DNA from: a virus | Taxonomy: Duplodnaviria; Heunggongvirae; Uroviricota; Caudoviricetes | Length of the DNA stretch: 32,869 nt | Strand: one strand, 5' to 3' | Virus record (IMG/VR): IMGVR_UViG_3300011584_000016 | Location: 1-32,869 of that record | Shown here: positions 25,393 through 32,869 of the stretch, in pieces | Layout: every line of letters starts with the position of its first letter | Position numbering within the stretch: the first letter of the stretch is position 1 | The notes under the pieces: model-generated | What the model saw: the letters and a program-made list of their open reading frames with translations, nothing else | The model's database searches: none | Told to the model about the DNA's origin: nothing | Program-made: the position numbers and the translations under genes

Positions 25393-27693
25393 ATGGCAAC
25401 AATAATTACTCGCGCGTTTGAGCGATGGCAAGCCGCTGATCTGGTCACGCCGGGCGAAATTCAACTGGATGAATTCATTCTGGCTAATGTGCCGGGGCTG
25501 GATGCTGACGCAGCGATTGACCGCGACGCCGGGTTGCCCGACACCGCGCATATCGTTTATCGCGAACCGGTTAACGCCGCCGGTGTTGTCAATAAAAACA
25601 CCGTTGCGTATTCGTTTACCATCGGGACAAACATTGGTGATTTTGCGTTTAACTGGATCGGCCTGATTTGCAAAAAAACCGGGCTGTTAGCGATGGTGAC
25701 GACGATCCCGACGCTGCAAAAAGTTAAGACAACAGCGACGGAACAAGGCAATGCATTTACTCGCTCGTTTTTGATTGAATTTACTGGCGCGTCTGAAAAA
25801 ACAGGGATTACTACGCCCGCGGAAACCTGGCAGATCGATTTTACCGCACGGCTGATAGGGATTGACGAGTACCAGCGGTTACTAAATATCGATCACTACG
25901 GCAGCGCCCTGTTTTTTGACGACGGTTGGCTGATTCAGCGCGACGGCGCGAAATACCGTTGCGTCGCAGGTCTGGGATACGTTGCAGGGCTGAGGCTGGC
26001 ACACGAAGCAACGGAGGAAATTACCGTTGCGAGTAAACCGGCGGCGGTCTGGCTGGATACGGTCTGGCAGGGTTCTGTGATGGCACCGTGCATTCCGGTT
26101 ACTGAAATTTGCGTAACAACTGCTGGCGATCTCGCGGAATACACCGACGAGGCGGGCAAAAAACATTACGTTTTCAAAATTGCAGAAATCGCGGCAGACG
26201 GTACGGTAACGGACCTGCGCCCTGTTCGTAGCAGTGACGATCTGGATAAACGTTATTTGCGGCGGTCGCAAAATCTCGCAGACCTGGACGACAAAGGCAA
26301 GTCTCGCGTAAATCTGGGCCTGGGCGGCGCGGCGGTGCGCAACGTAGGGCAACTGGCGGGGCAGGTTGCCGCAGCTGACGATCCGCGAATTGTTCACGCC
26401 GTGCAGGATACGCGACAAATCAACAGTAAGTCGCTGACGGGCGATATTTCGCTGACGTATTCAGACGTTGGCGCAGTACCGACGTCGCGCAAAGTGAATA
26501 ATAAGGTACTGACGGGCGATATTACGCTGACGTATTCAGACGTTGGCGCAGTACCGACGTCGCGCAAGGTGAATAACAAGGCGCTAACGGGCGATATTAC
26601 GCTGACGTATACAGACGTCGGCGCAGTGCCAGCGGGGCGAAAAGTCAACGGACGCGCGCTGTCAGCAGATATCAACGTAACGGCGCAGGATATTTTTAAT
26701 GGCCAGGCGGTCGGATTAGGTGCAAATCAAAATCTGAACAGCTATACAACGCCTGGTATTTATTATCAACCGGCTAATGCCAACACATCTGCGGCGCTGA
26801 ATTACCCCGAAAATAACGCCGGGGCATTGATTGTTTATCGTGATGCGGGAATTCAGCAAGAATACCGCGTTTACAACTCATCACGACGCTGGACACGCGC
26901 GCAGTACGCCGACGGGGCGTGGACGCCCTGGGCGCGGGAATATAACACCCAAAATAAACCTACGTATTCAGATGTTGGCGCAGTACCGACGTCGCGCAAA
27001 GTGAATAATAAGGCGCTGACGGGTGATATTACGCTGACATATTCAGACGTTGGCGCAGCTGCTGCAAGCCATAAACACCCCTGGTCAGATATTACCGGGG
27101 TGCCGGATTTTATTACGGTAGCAAATGCCGACGCGCGTTATTTCGGTAATTTCGCGATGTTTACTGCAAACGGTACGTTTACTGTTCCGGCTGGGGTTAA
27201 AAAAGTAATGGTGGAAATGATCGGAGGTGGCGCAGGCGGCTGCGCCGCTCCGTCGTCCACGAATTACTATAAACCAGCGCCCGGCGGGCGCGCTGCGCAA
27301 GTTGCCAGCGCGATAGTTACCGTTTCTCCGGGCACCGCTATTTCTGTTTCTGTGGGGGCAGGTGGTGCCGGTGCGATCCCTGCGGCGGGCACGGCGCTGA
27401 TTGCGGGTGGTGAGGGTGGCTCTTCTAGTTTTGGAGGTGTTTCAGCCGCAGGCGGTAAAGGATTACTGAATAGCGGCGTTTGGGATCCAGCCGAATTTAA
27501 CGGCCTTAAGTCAACAGTGTGGGTTGGCGGCGACGGTGAAAACAGTCCGTTTGGATCTGGCGGAAAAGGGGTTACGTCAAGTTTCAGCCATGCAACAGGA
27601 TATGGCGCGGGTGGTTCCGGCGGCAGCTGTAACGGAGTGAGTAAAAGCAATGGGGGCAACGGTTCCCCTGGTTTTGTCAGAATTTGGTGGTAA
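25393..27693 (+). CDS. Tail fibre protein with internal tandem repeats and glycine-rich C-terminal domain
   Basis: 766 aa; repeats LTGDITLTYSDVGAVPTSRKVNNK; C-terminal GGGAGG...GGSGGS... glycine-rich region ending FVRIWW. Confidence 0.8.
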   Translation: MATIITRAFERWQAADLVTPGEIQLDEFILANVPGLDADAAIDRDAGLPDTAHIVYREPVNAAGVVNKNTVAYSFTIGTNIGDFAFNWIGLICKKTGLLAMVTTIPTLQKVKTTATEQGNAFTRSFLIEFTGASEKTGITTPAETWQIDFTARLIGIDEYQRLLNIDHYGSALFFDDGWLIQRDGAKYRCVAGLGYVAGLRLAHEATEEITVASKPAAVWLDTVWQGSVMAPCIPVTEICVTTAGDLAEYTDEAGKKHYVFKIAEIAADGTVTDLRPVRSSDDLDKRYLRRSQNLADLDDKGKSRVNLGLGGAAVRNVGQLAGQVAAADDPRIVHAVQDTRQINSKSLTGDISLTYSDVGAVPTSRKVNNKVLTGDITLTYSDVGAVPTSRKVNNKALTGDITLTYTDVGAVPAGRKVNGRALSADINVTAQDIFNGQAVGLGANQNLNSYTTPGIYYQPANANTSAALNYPENNAGALIVYRDAGIQQEYRVYNSSRRWTRAQYADGAWTPWAREYNTQNKPTYSDVGAVPTSRKVNNKALTGDITLTYSDVGAAAASHKHPWSDITGVPDFITVANADARYFGNFAMFTANGTFTVPAGVKKVMVEMIGGGAGGCAAPSSTNYYKPAPGGRAAQVASAIVTVSPGTAISVSVGAGGAGAIPAAGTALIAGGEGGSSSFGGVSAAGGKGLLNSGVWDPAEFNGLKSTVWVGGDGENSPFGSGGKGVTSSFSHATGYGAGGSGGSCNGVSKSNGGNGSPGFVRIWW
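26440..26673 (+). repeat. Three tandem copies of a 78-nt coding repeat in the tail fibre gene; a fourth diverged copy at about 26957-27060
   Basis: Near-identical nucleotide units ctgacgggcgatatt.cgctgacgtattcagacgttggcgcagtaccgacgtcgcgcaa.gtgaata.taag repeated head-to-tail. Confidence 0.8.
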
Positions 27694-27697
27694 CTCA

Positions 27698-28300
27698 ATG
27701 AAATACGCTTATTACAATCCTGTTGATTTTAAAGTTTTACAGTGGCTGGATACCGATCAATTCAATATCGTTTTACCCGAATCAATTATGCCCGTCACTG
27801 ACACGCAGTGGCGCTACCGTGATCGCGATTGTTGGGTAAATCCAGCGGCGGGGAAATTAGTAACAACACCGCCGCCGGGTGAATTTTATCGCCTGAGCGG
27901 GGATAAGTGGGTTTACGACTCTGGCGCATTCGCTACCGCGCTGGAACACTCAAAAACAGCAGTTAATCAGGCAATCAAACTACACCGCGACGCGCTGACA
28001 GCTGATTACGTTGAAATTGACGGTCATCATTTCCACAGTGACGCAAACAGCCGCATTCAACAAATGACGCTGGCAAGAATGGGGGCCGCTGGCGCGGTTC
28101 CGCAGGGCCTAATGTGGCAAACAAAAAATCACGGATTGATCGAACTGACAAACGAGATCGCCGCGCAATTTGAAACGGTCACTATCGCGCACGACATGCG
28201 CCTGTTTGCAACCGCTCAGGCACACATTAACGCCGTGGCCATGCTGGAAACTATTGAGGACGTAAATAAATACGACTGGTCGCAGGGGTGGCAGCTATGA
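27698..28300 (+). CDS. Putative tail fibre assembly protein
   Basis: About 200 aa from ATG 27698, directly after the fibre gene. Confidence 0.5.
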   Translation: MKYAYYNPVDFKVLQWLDTDQFNIVLPESIMPVTDTQWRYRDRDCWVNPAAGKLVTTPPPGEFYRLSGDKWVYDSGAFATALEHSKTAVNQAIKLHRDALTADYVEIDGHHFHSDANSRIQQMTLARMGAAGAVPQGLMWQTKNHGLIELTNEIAAQFETVTIAHDMRLFATAQAHINAVAMLETIEDVNKYDWSQGWQL

Positions 28301-28782
28301 GCGTGTTTATTGCGTTTTACCGGGGCAACAGCTCGCGGCGCGGTCTGACGCGTTTTAAAGACTGGGCGATAAGAATGATCACGCGCAGTATTTATTCTCA
28401 TTGTGAGATTGCCACCGGGCCGAGTGATTACGAAACGCATACGCAATTTGTATGCAGATCGTCGTCATGGCGTGATGGCGGGGTCAGGGAAAAAAGAATG
28501 GCGTTGCCGATCGACAAATGGGACCTGGTCGAAATTAACGCGACGCCCCATGAAGTCGCTGTATTTTTTGAAAAGCTCAAAGGCAAAAAATACGATCTCG
28601 CCGGTGTTTTCGGCTTTTTGTTGTTCTGCCGTGGCAATGTTGATCGCTGGTTTTGTAGTGAGTTTTGCGCGGAGTTTTTGGAGTTGCGCGACGCATGGCG
28701 ATATTCGCCGGGGCAGTTATACGCACTGGTTACCAGTGAACGGGAGCGGGGGTACACATGGCGTGGAGTAACGGACAACTAA
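28297..28782 (+). CDS. Hypothetical protein, possibly permuted papain-fold Cys peptidase-like
   Basis: ATGA overlap with upstream gene; SHCEIA and WFCSEFC motifs; fold call very tentative. Confidence 0.35.
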   Translation: MSVFIAFYRGNSSRRGLTRFKDWAIRMITRSIYSHCEIATGPSDYETHTQFVCRSSSWRDGGVREKRMALPIDKWDLVEINATPHEVAVFFEKLKGKKYDLAGVFGFLLFCRGNVDRWFCSEFCAEFLELRDAWRYSPGQLYALVTSERERGYTWRGVTDN

Positions 28783-29627
28783 AACAGCCGGACGTCGTCA
28801 AAACACCGCACGACACGTTAAAAGTTTCGCTGGCCTCGCTGTCATCGCCCGGTATTGCTGCGCTACGTGCGTTAGAGTCGCGCGCGCAATGGCCGCAACC
28901 GGATTTAGCCAGCCAGGCGGATCAAGTAACAGACCTGCGCGCGGAACTGGATAAATTGACGACGTCGGGGCAACAAATTGCAGTCCACAACTGGACGTTT
29001 GGCGCAGGCAAAGAGGAAGAAAGCGGAACCTATTTAAGCCCGCCTAATGCCGTTAAACGCCTGGCTGAAAAACTACGCGACGGCGCAGATCTGCGCGCTG
29101 GCGCGGGCGGTGAGGCAGTTTGTTTAATGGTTTGCGCGGGGCAAATAGGGGATTTTGTCAGCAAGCTGGAGAAGGTCTGCGAAGTATTGCCCGCGCCCGG
29201 ATTCACGCAGGCGCTGAACACTGCGCGCGCATATTCAGGTAACGAAGCGCAGAAAATGCAAAAGCCTGGCGCGCTAACGTATCCGGCCTGGCCGGAGCCG
29301 GGCGATCTGGTCGAAAAAAATCACCGCGAATCACGGCGCTTGTTGTTGGCTGAAATGGCAATGCTGGCAGCGCATAAAACACGCGCACCGGTTGACGTAT
29401 TGGCGGAATTGGTTCGACTGCGTAAAAAGGCGGTTGATGATCTGGCAAAAGAATTTGATGAGATGACCGCGTTAAATGCGTCTGTCTGGTCATGGCAGGG
29501 TAGCGGCGGCGGTAAATCACTGGCTGCGGCGCTTGAAGCCAGCGGACCGCCCGATCACTCGTTTATTTTTACTGTCGCCGTTCTGTTTGTCGGCGCTGAT
29601 CTGTCGTTTTTGAAGGACTGCATATGA
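28758..29627 (+). CDS. Hypothetical tail-region protein
   Basis: 289-aa ORF with phage-like GC, overlapping neighbours on both sides. Confidence 0.4.
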   Translation: MAWSNGQLKQPDVVKTPHDTLKVSLASLSSPGIAALRALESRAQWPQPDLASQADQVTDLRAELDKLTTSGQQIAVHNWTFGAGKEEESGTYLSPPNAVKRLAEKLRDGADLRAGAGGEAVCLMVCAGQIGDFVSKLEKVCEVLPAPGFTQALNTARAYSGNEAQKMQKPGALTYPAWPEPGDLVEKNHRESRRLLLAEMAMLAAHKTRAPVDVLAELVRLRKKAVDDLAKEFDEMTALNASVWSWQGSGGGKSLAAALEASGPPDHSFIFTVAVLFVGADLSFLKDCI

Positions 29628-30268
29628 GCACGAGACACCCGGTAATTTTAACGCTCAACGGCGAAACCGTAAAAATGCTGAATCTGAAAGTGGAAGCCGT
29701 TTTGCCGTTCAAAGACAAAGACCAGTCAGGCCAGACGTCAGGAACGCAGAAAAGCGAGGGCGGGATAAAAGCTAAGGAATTGAACGTCACCGGAACGGTG
29801 CCTTTTCGTAATGTCGAATTTTTAACGCGAATTTTTGAACTCGCGGAGGGCGTGGACGGAGGCGGCGCGCAGACGGTTTATCGCGTTTCCAATTTCACAG
29901 CAGCAGCGATCAATATGCGACAGGCAACGTTTACTGGTCGTGTTAGCGCCCCTGAATCTGATTCGCTGCGAGCGTGGAACGTGTCGTTCACACTGCGCGA
30001 ATATAGCAGCGTACCTGAGAAAAAAGAGTCAAATATTTTTTCTAAATTGCCGGGCGTCACGAAACAGACAACGCCAGGTGTTACAACGCCGGGCGCATCA
30101 GGTGGCGACGGCACGACGCCAGATACTGAGATGTCTTCGTCTGATAAATTCTGGAAAAAAATTGATGACTGGCTGGCCCCGGCAGAAGACAAAAGCGGCG
30201 CGGGCGCGTCTGGTGGTTCGTCGGGATCTACGTCAGGGACAGCAGTGAAAACGGACGATAAAAAATGA
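29624..30268 (+). CDS. Hypothetical tail-region protein with Gly/Ser/Thr-rich C-terminus
   Basis: 214-aa ORF coupled to neighbours. Confidence 0.4.
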   Translation: MSTRHPVILTLNGETVKMLNLKVEAVLPFKDKDQSGQTSGTQKSEGGIKAKELNVTGTVPFRNVEFLTRIFELAEGVDGGGAQTVYRVSNFTAAAINMRQATFTGRVSAPESDSLRAWNVSFTLREYSSVPEKKESNIFSKLPGVTKQTTPGVTTPGASGGDGTTPDTEMSSSDKFWKKIDDWLAPAEDKSGAGASGGSSGSTSGTAVKTDDKK

Positions 30269-31911
30269 AAATAGCAAGCCGGTTTTATATCGGGTCCGAA
30301 ACAGTGACGCCGGTCGATGTTCGGCTGGCGCTGGAGTTGTCCGCCGCTGGTCTGGGTTTTGTGACGGTGCCCAGTAAAGAAAATTTACAGGGAAAAATGG
30401 TTGCGCTGGATCTGGGCTATTCGGGAAAAATGCTGCGCTGGTTTACCGGGATTGTTGAACGCAGTCAGCAGGCGGAACGCGGCTGGCAACGTATCCTAAT
30501 CCGTGAGTTAACCGGGATTTTAGCCCGCCCCATGCCGTGCTCAATTCAACACCCAACACTGCGCGACGTGTGCAACTGGGTTACGGAACAATGCGGCCTG
30601 GCGTTTGCACTGCCGGAGGACCAGAAGTACACGGATACGCCGATCCCAAATTTCACGCACTCCGGCAGCGGCTATCAGTTATTGAATAATCTGGGGCGCG
30701 CGTTCTCAATCCCGGACTATATCTGGCAGCAATTACCCGAGGGCGCTGTATTCGTCGGCAGCTGGCAGCAATCCCGCTGGCCGTCACTACCCGTTGAGAT
30801 ACCGCAGGGATTCTCTGATCAACAGCATAGCGGCAACACTATGCGGATCGTGTGTGTGCCAGCGATGCGCCCAGGTGCAGTGATTAACGGCAAGCGTATC
30901 AAGCGTGTGGATCTGACAGACGACCAGATGTCGATTACGTGGGCCGTTACTGACAGCAAGGGAAGGGAGGCGCAAAAGTCTCAATTCCGCCGCCAGGCTG
31001 AAAAAGAATTTCCCGAGTTGGCCGCGGGCCTGCATTTGCCGAAAATTGGGCGCGTGGAGTCTATCAGCGACACTACCGGCAATAGCGACCTGTCTGATCC
31101 GTTTCGCCCCCGTTTCGCTGTAAACGTGCAACTACTGGACGAAAACGGCAAACCGGATAAATCAGTACCGTTATACAACGCGGTTCCACTGCCAACGGGG
31201 TTCGGCGGCAGCGATAGCGGGTTGATGCAATATCCCGCGCCCGGAACACTGGTTGAACTGGCGTTCAGTGAAGCGCGCCCGGATCGTCCACACATCCGCC
31301 AGATAATGGCACAAGGGCTGACGCTACCGGCTGTTGCAGCAGACGAACAGGTACAACAGGCGCGCTGTGGCGTACTGCAAAAAACAAACAGCCGCGGCGA
31401 CGTGAGCCGCGAAACAGATCAGGCGCAGACGGAATCCGCGAGGGTCCGCAAGATTAAGGCGGACGAGGAAAAGTCAGACATTACGGAACGGCGCGCGAGT
31501 ATAGCGGGTGACGACGTGATGCAGATCGGCGGGTCGCACCGACTGTATACGCTGGGGTCTATACAGCACATGACCGCCGGGGATATCGACACCGGCGCAG
31601 GCGGTGATCATCGTCACGCAGTTGGACAGGAGATGGTCGAGGTAATAGGAAAAATGCGCCGCAGTGTTGCAAAAGAGTTACAGCACTTTGAGGCAGGCAA
31701 GAGCTGGACCGGCACTGATGCGATAAATATTTTTGTGCTGCTTGATGAACTGATGCAGTGTGTACAGCGGCTGGCAACGGCTGACGCCGCGCATATTCAC
31801 ATGTGCAACTGCGGCCCCAGCAAGCCGCCGGTTACTGCCCCTGCGTTCACTGCCGAGGCTGCGGCAGCTGGCGCACTACACGCGCAACTATCCCCAATCA
31901 TTGAGAAGTAG
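30265..31911 (+). CDS. Putative baseplate hub/spike protein (gpD-like N-terminal part with gpV-like OB-fold segment)
   Basis: 548 aa; middle segment IGRVESI...RFAVNVQLLDENG...PGTLVELAFSEARPDRPHI resembles spike OB-fold signatures; last large gene before the terminator. Confidence 0.5.
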   Translation: MKIASRFYIGSETVTPVDVRLALELSAAGLGFVTVPSKENLQGKMVALDLGYSGKMLRWFTGIVERSQQAERGWQRILIRELTGILARPMPCSIQHPTLRDVCNWVTEQCGLAFALPEDQKYTDTPIPNFTHSGSGYQLLNNLGRAFSIPDYIWQQLPEGAVFVGSWQQSRWPSLPVEIPQGFSDQQHSGNTMRIVCVPAMRPGAVINGKRIKRVDLTDDQMSITWAVTDSKGREAQKSQFRRQAEKEFPELAAGLHLPKIGRVESISDTTGNSDLSDPFRPRFAVNVQLLDENGKPDKSVPLYNAVPLPTGFGGSDSGLMQYPAPGTLVELAFSEARPDRPHIRQIMAQGLTLPAVAADEQVQQARCGVLQKTNSRGDVSRETDQAQTESARVRKIKADEEKSDITERRASIAGDDVMQIGGSHRLYTLGSIQHMTAGDIDTGAGGDHRHAVGQEMVEVIGKMRRSVAKELQHFEAGKSWTGTDAINIFVLLDELMQCVQRLATADAAHIHMCNCGPSKPPVTAPAFTAEAAAAGALHAQLSPIIEK

Positions 31912-31929
31912 CCCAGCACCAACACTGTA

Positions 31930-31955
31930 GCCCGCCCTGCGCGGGCTTTTTTTTT
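31930..31955 (+). terminator. Rho-independent terminator ending the late operon
   Basis: Hairpin GCCCGC-cctgc-GCGGGC followed by 9 T. Confidence 0.65.
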
Positions 31956-32223
31956 GCGCCCGCCACCGCCCGATCCCCGTCATTTGGTCGTGCGCGGTGG
32001 TCACTCCCGCCCCTGTTCGCCTATCCCCGAAAAAATCTGCCACCCCAGCGCCAGCGGGACCAAAACCGCGCTCACCCGCACGCCCGCGGCTTGTGTGTAG
32101 TGAAATTTTTTTCAGTTCTGGATTTTGCAATAAAGGGCCGCAAAAGCCCGCGCAGCAAGGATCTAAAAAGGATCTGCGGAACTGAAAAAATTACGTGCTT
32201 TTTCAGTTAATTGAAAACAGAAA

Positions 32224-32250
32224 GATCACGAATGTGATCGGCCTGTTTTT
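32224..32250 (+). promoter_or_regulatory. Palindrome GATCAC-GAAT-GTGATC followed by T-run; candidate regulatory site or weak terminator
   Basis: Perfect 6-bp arms containing two GATC sites, T5 run 6 nt downstream. Confidence 0.3.
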
Positions 32251-32417
32251 ATTGCATTGAAAATAAAAGAAAAAATTATTTTACGTGAAGGCTTGAGGGT
32301 GAGGGAATGCTTCAGTAATTTTAAAAATTACAATAAAAACATATAGTTAGTTAATTATAAAACTGAAATTTACGCTTTGGTCTTGAGAAAGGCCGTCGAG
32401 TATGGCGGCCTTAGGCA

Positions 32418-32633
32418 TTACTTGTGTGGCGGGTAGTCAATACCGCCATTCGGTGGACGGCAACGATAAATCCGCTTTAAACCTAGTTTCCACCCCTTTA
32501 CGAATCCAAAACGCTTTAATGCAATCAGTGTGTATTTTGAACAAGATGGGGTGTGACGACATCTGTTACGAATATTCATTGGCGCATGTGCTCGGTAGAA
32601 CAACACAAGGCGAATACTCAAGACTTTTAACAT
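32418..32633 (-). CDS. YidD-family protein (membrane protein insertion efficiency factor-like)
   Basis: CRHTPSCSKYTLIALKRFGFVKGWKLGLKRIYRCRPP matches the YidD signature (E. coli YidD has CRFTPTCSSYGIEALRRFG...KRVLKCHP). Confidence 0.7.
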   Translation of the reverse strand: MLKVLSIRLVLFYRAHAPMNIRNRCRHTPSCSKYTLIALKRFGFVKGWKLGLKRIYRCRPPNGGIDYPPHK

Positions 32634-32869
32634 TAATCCACTTCTTTTCTAAAAGTGATAACGTAGTACTGAGTAAAGTTTGTCTTGCTGCCACCGAAAC
32701 ACCCTGGCTTTTCTTCAATCCCAATAGTGTCTATCCGCTGAAACTCCCAGCCGTTGGCGGCTTGTTCGTTTACCACGTCTTGAAGGTAAGCTGCTGCTAT
32801 TCCTGCTTTGTTGTCACGTGCTTTAACTGAGATATTGGGCGGTACTTGTATCATCTTATAGGTGTACAT
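32633..32869 (-). CDS. Small DUF4177-like protein (start at window edge, possibly truncated)
   Basis: 78-aa ORF whose start codon is the last three bases of the window; stop overlaps the yidD-like start. Confidence 0.4.
   Translation of the reverse strand: MYTYKMIQVPPNISVKARDNKAGIAAAYLQDVVNEQAANGWEFQRIDTIGIEEKPGCFGGSKTNFTQYYVITFRKEVD

Larger units (their letters stand above)
1..31960. mobile_element. P2-like temperate prophage (integrase to hub/spike gene); left att site lies outside the window, right boundary approximate
   Basis: Contiguous phage gene order int - C-type repressor - early genes - gpA-like Rep - cargo - Q/P - O/N/M/L - tail module; portal (344 aa) and large terminase (590 aa) have the lengths I recall for P2 Q and P; strong terminator at 31930-31955 followed by non-phage-looking flank. 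Confidence 0.8.

Noticed and set aside
26440-27060. Tandem repeats considered as a possible CRISPR-like or VNTR array
   Set aside because: Units are 78 nt, in-frame and coding within the tail fibre ORF, with no repeat-spacer alternation; they are protein-coding repeats.
31888-32185. Two short ORFs (80 aa minus, 62 aa plus) in the GC-rich stretch after the late-operon terminator
   Set aside because: Overlap each other on opposite strands, Pro/Ala/Gly/Arg-rich, no RBS; likely non-coding boundary sequence.
31960-32400. Searched the right boundary for a tRNA or tmRNA 3' end as integration target
   Set aside because: No T-loop-like GTTCRANNC with flanking acceptor-stem complementarity seen by eye; a proper tRNA scan was not possible here.
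32402-32830. 142-aa plus-strand ORF overlapping the yidD-like and DUF4177-like genes
   Set aside because: Antisense to two genes with recognisable protein signatures; Cys-rich odd composition and no RBS.

Overview
This window is almost entirely one P2-like (peduovirus-type) temperate prophage in an enterobacterial-style genome, running from the integrase at the left edge (stop codon at nt 1-3) to a terminator near 31.95 kb. The order is: integrase and a lysogeny region with two paralogous P2 C-type repressors that bracket a two-gene insert (1-2.8 kb); leftward/rightward switch and early genes including a DnaQ-like exonuclease, a Dam-like methyltransferase and the gpA-like rolling-circle initiator (2.8-9.2 kb); an AT-rich single-gene cargo locus at the position P2 uses for tin/old (9.2-10.7 kb); an Ogr-like zinc finger plus the P2-type head module Q-P / O-N-M-L (10.7-17.1 kb); then a contractile-tail module with an embedded lysis cassette, a tail-chaperone -1 frameshift, tape measure, baseplate, repeat-containing tail fibre and a hub/spike protein (17.1-31.9 kb). 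The right flank (32.0-32.9 kb) is an AT-rich, palindrome-rich intergenic region followed by a yidD-like gene and a small DUF4177-like gene on the minus strand. I saw no rRNA, tRNA, CRISPR array or transposase. The two best candidates for an undescribed accessory system are the repressor-linked Zn-ribbon plus membrane coiled-coil gene pair (1558-2428) and the AT-rich 440-aa two-TM protein (9352-10674). All family assignments are from reading motifs and gene order by eye, with no database search, and the P2 protein comparisons are from memory.
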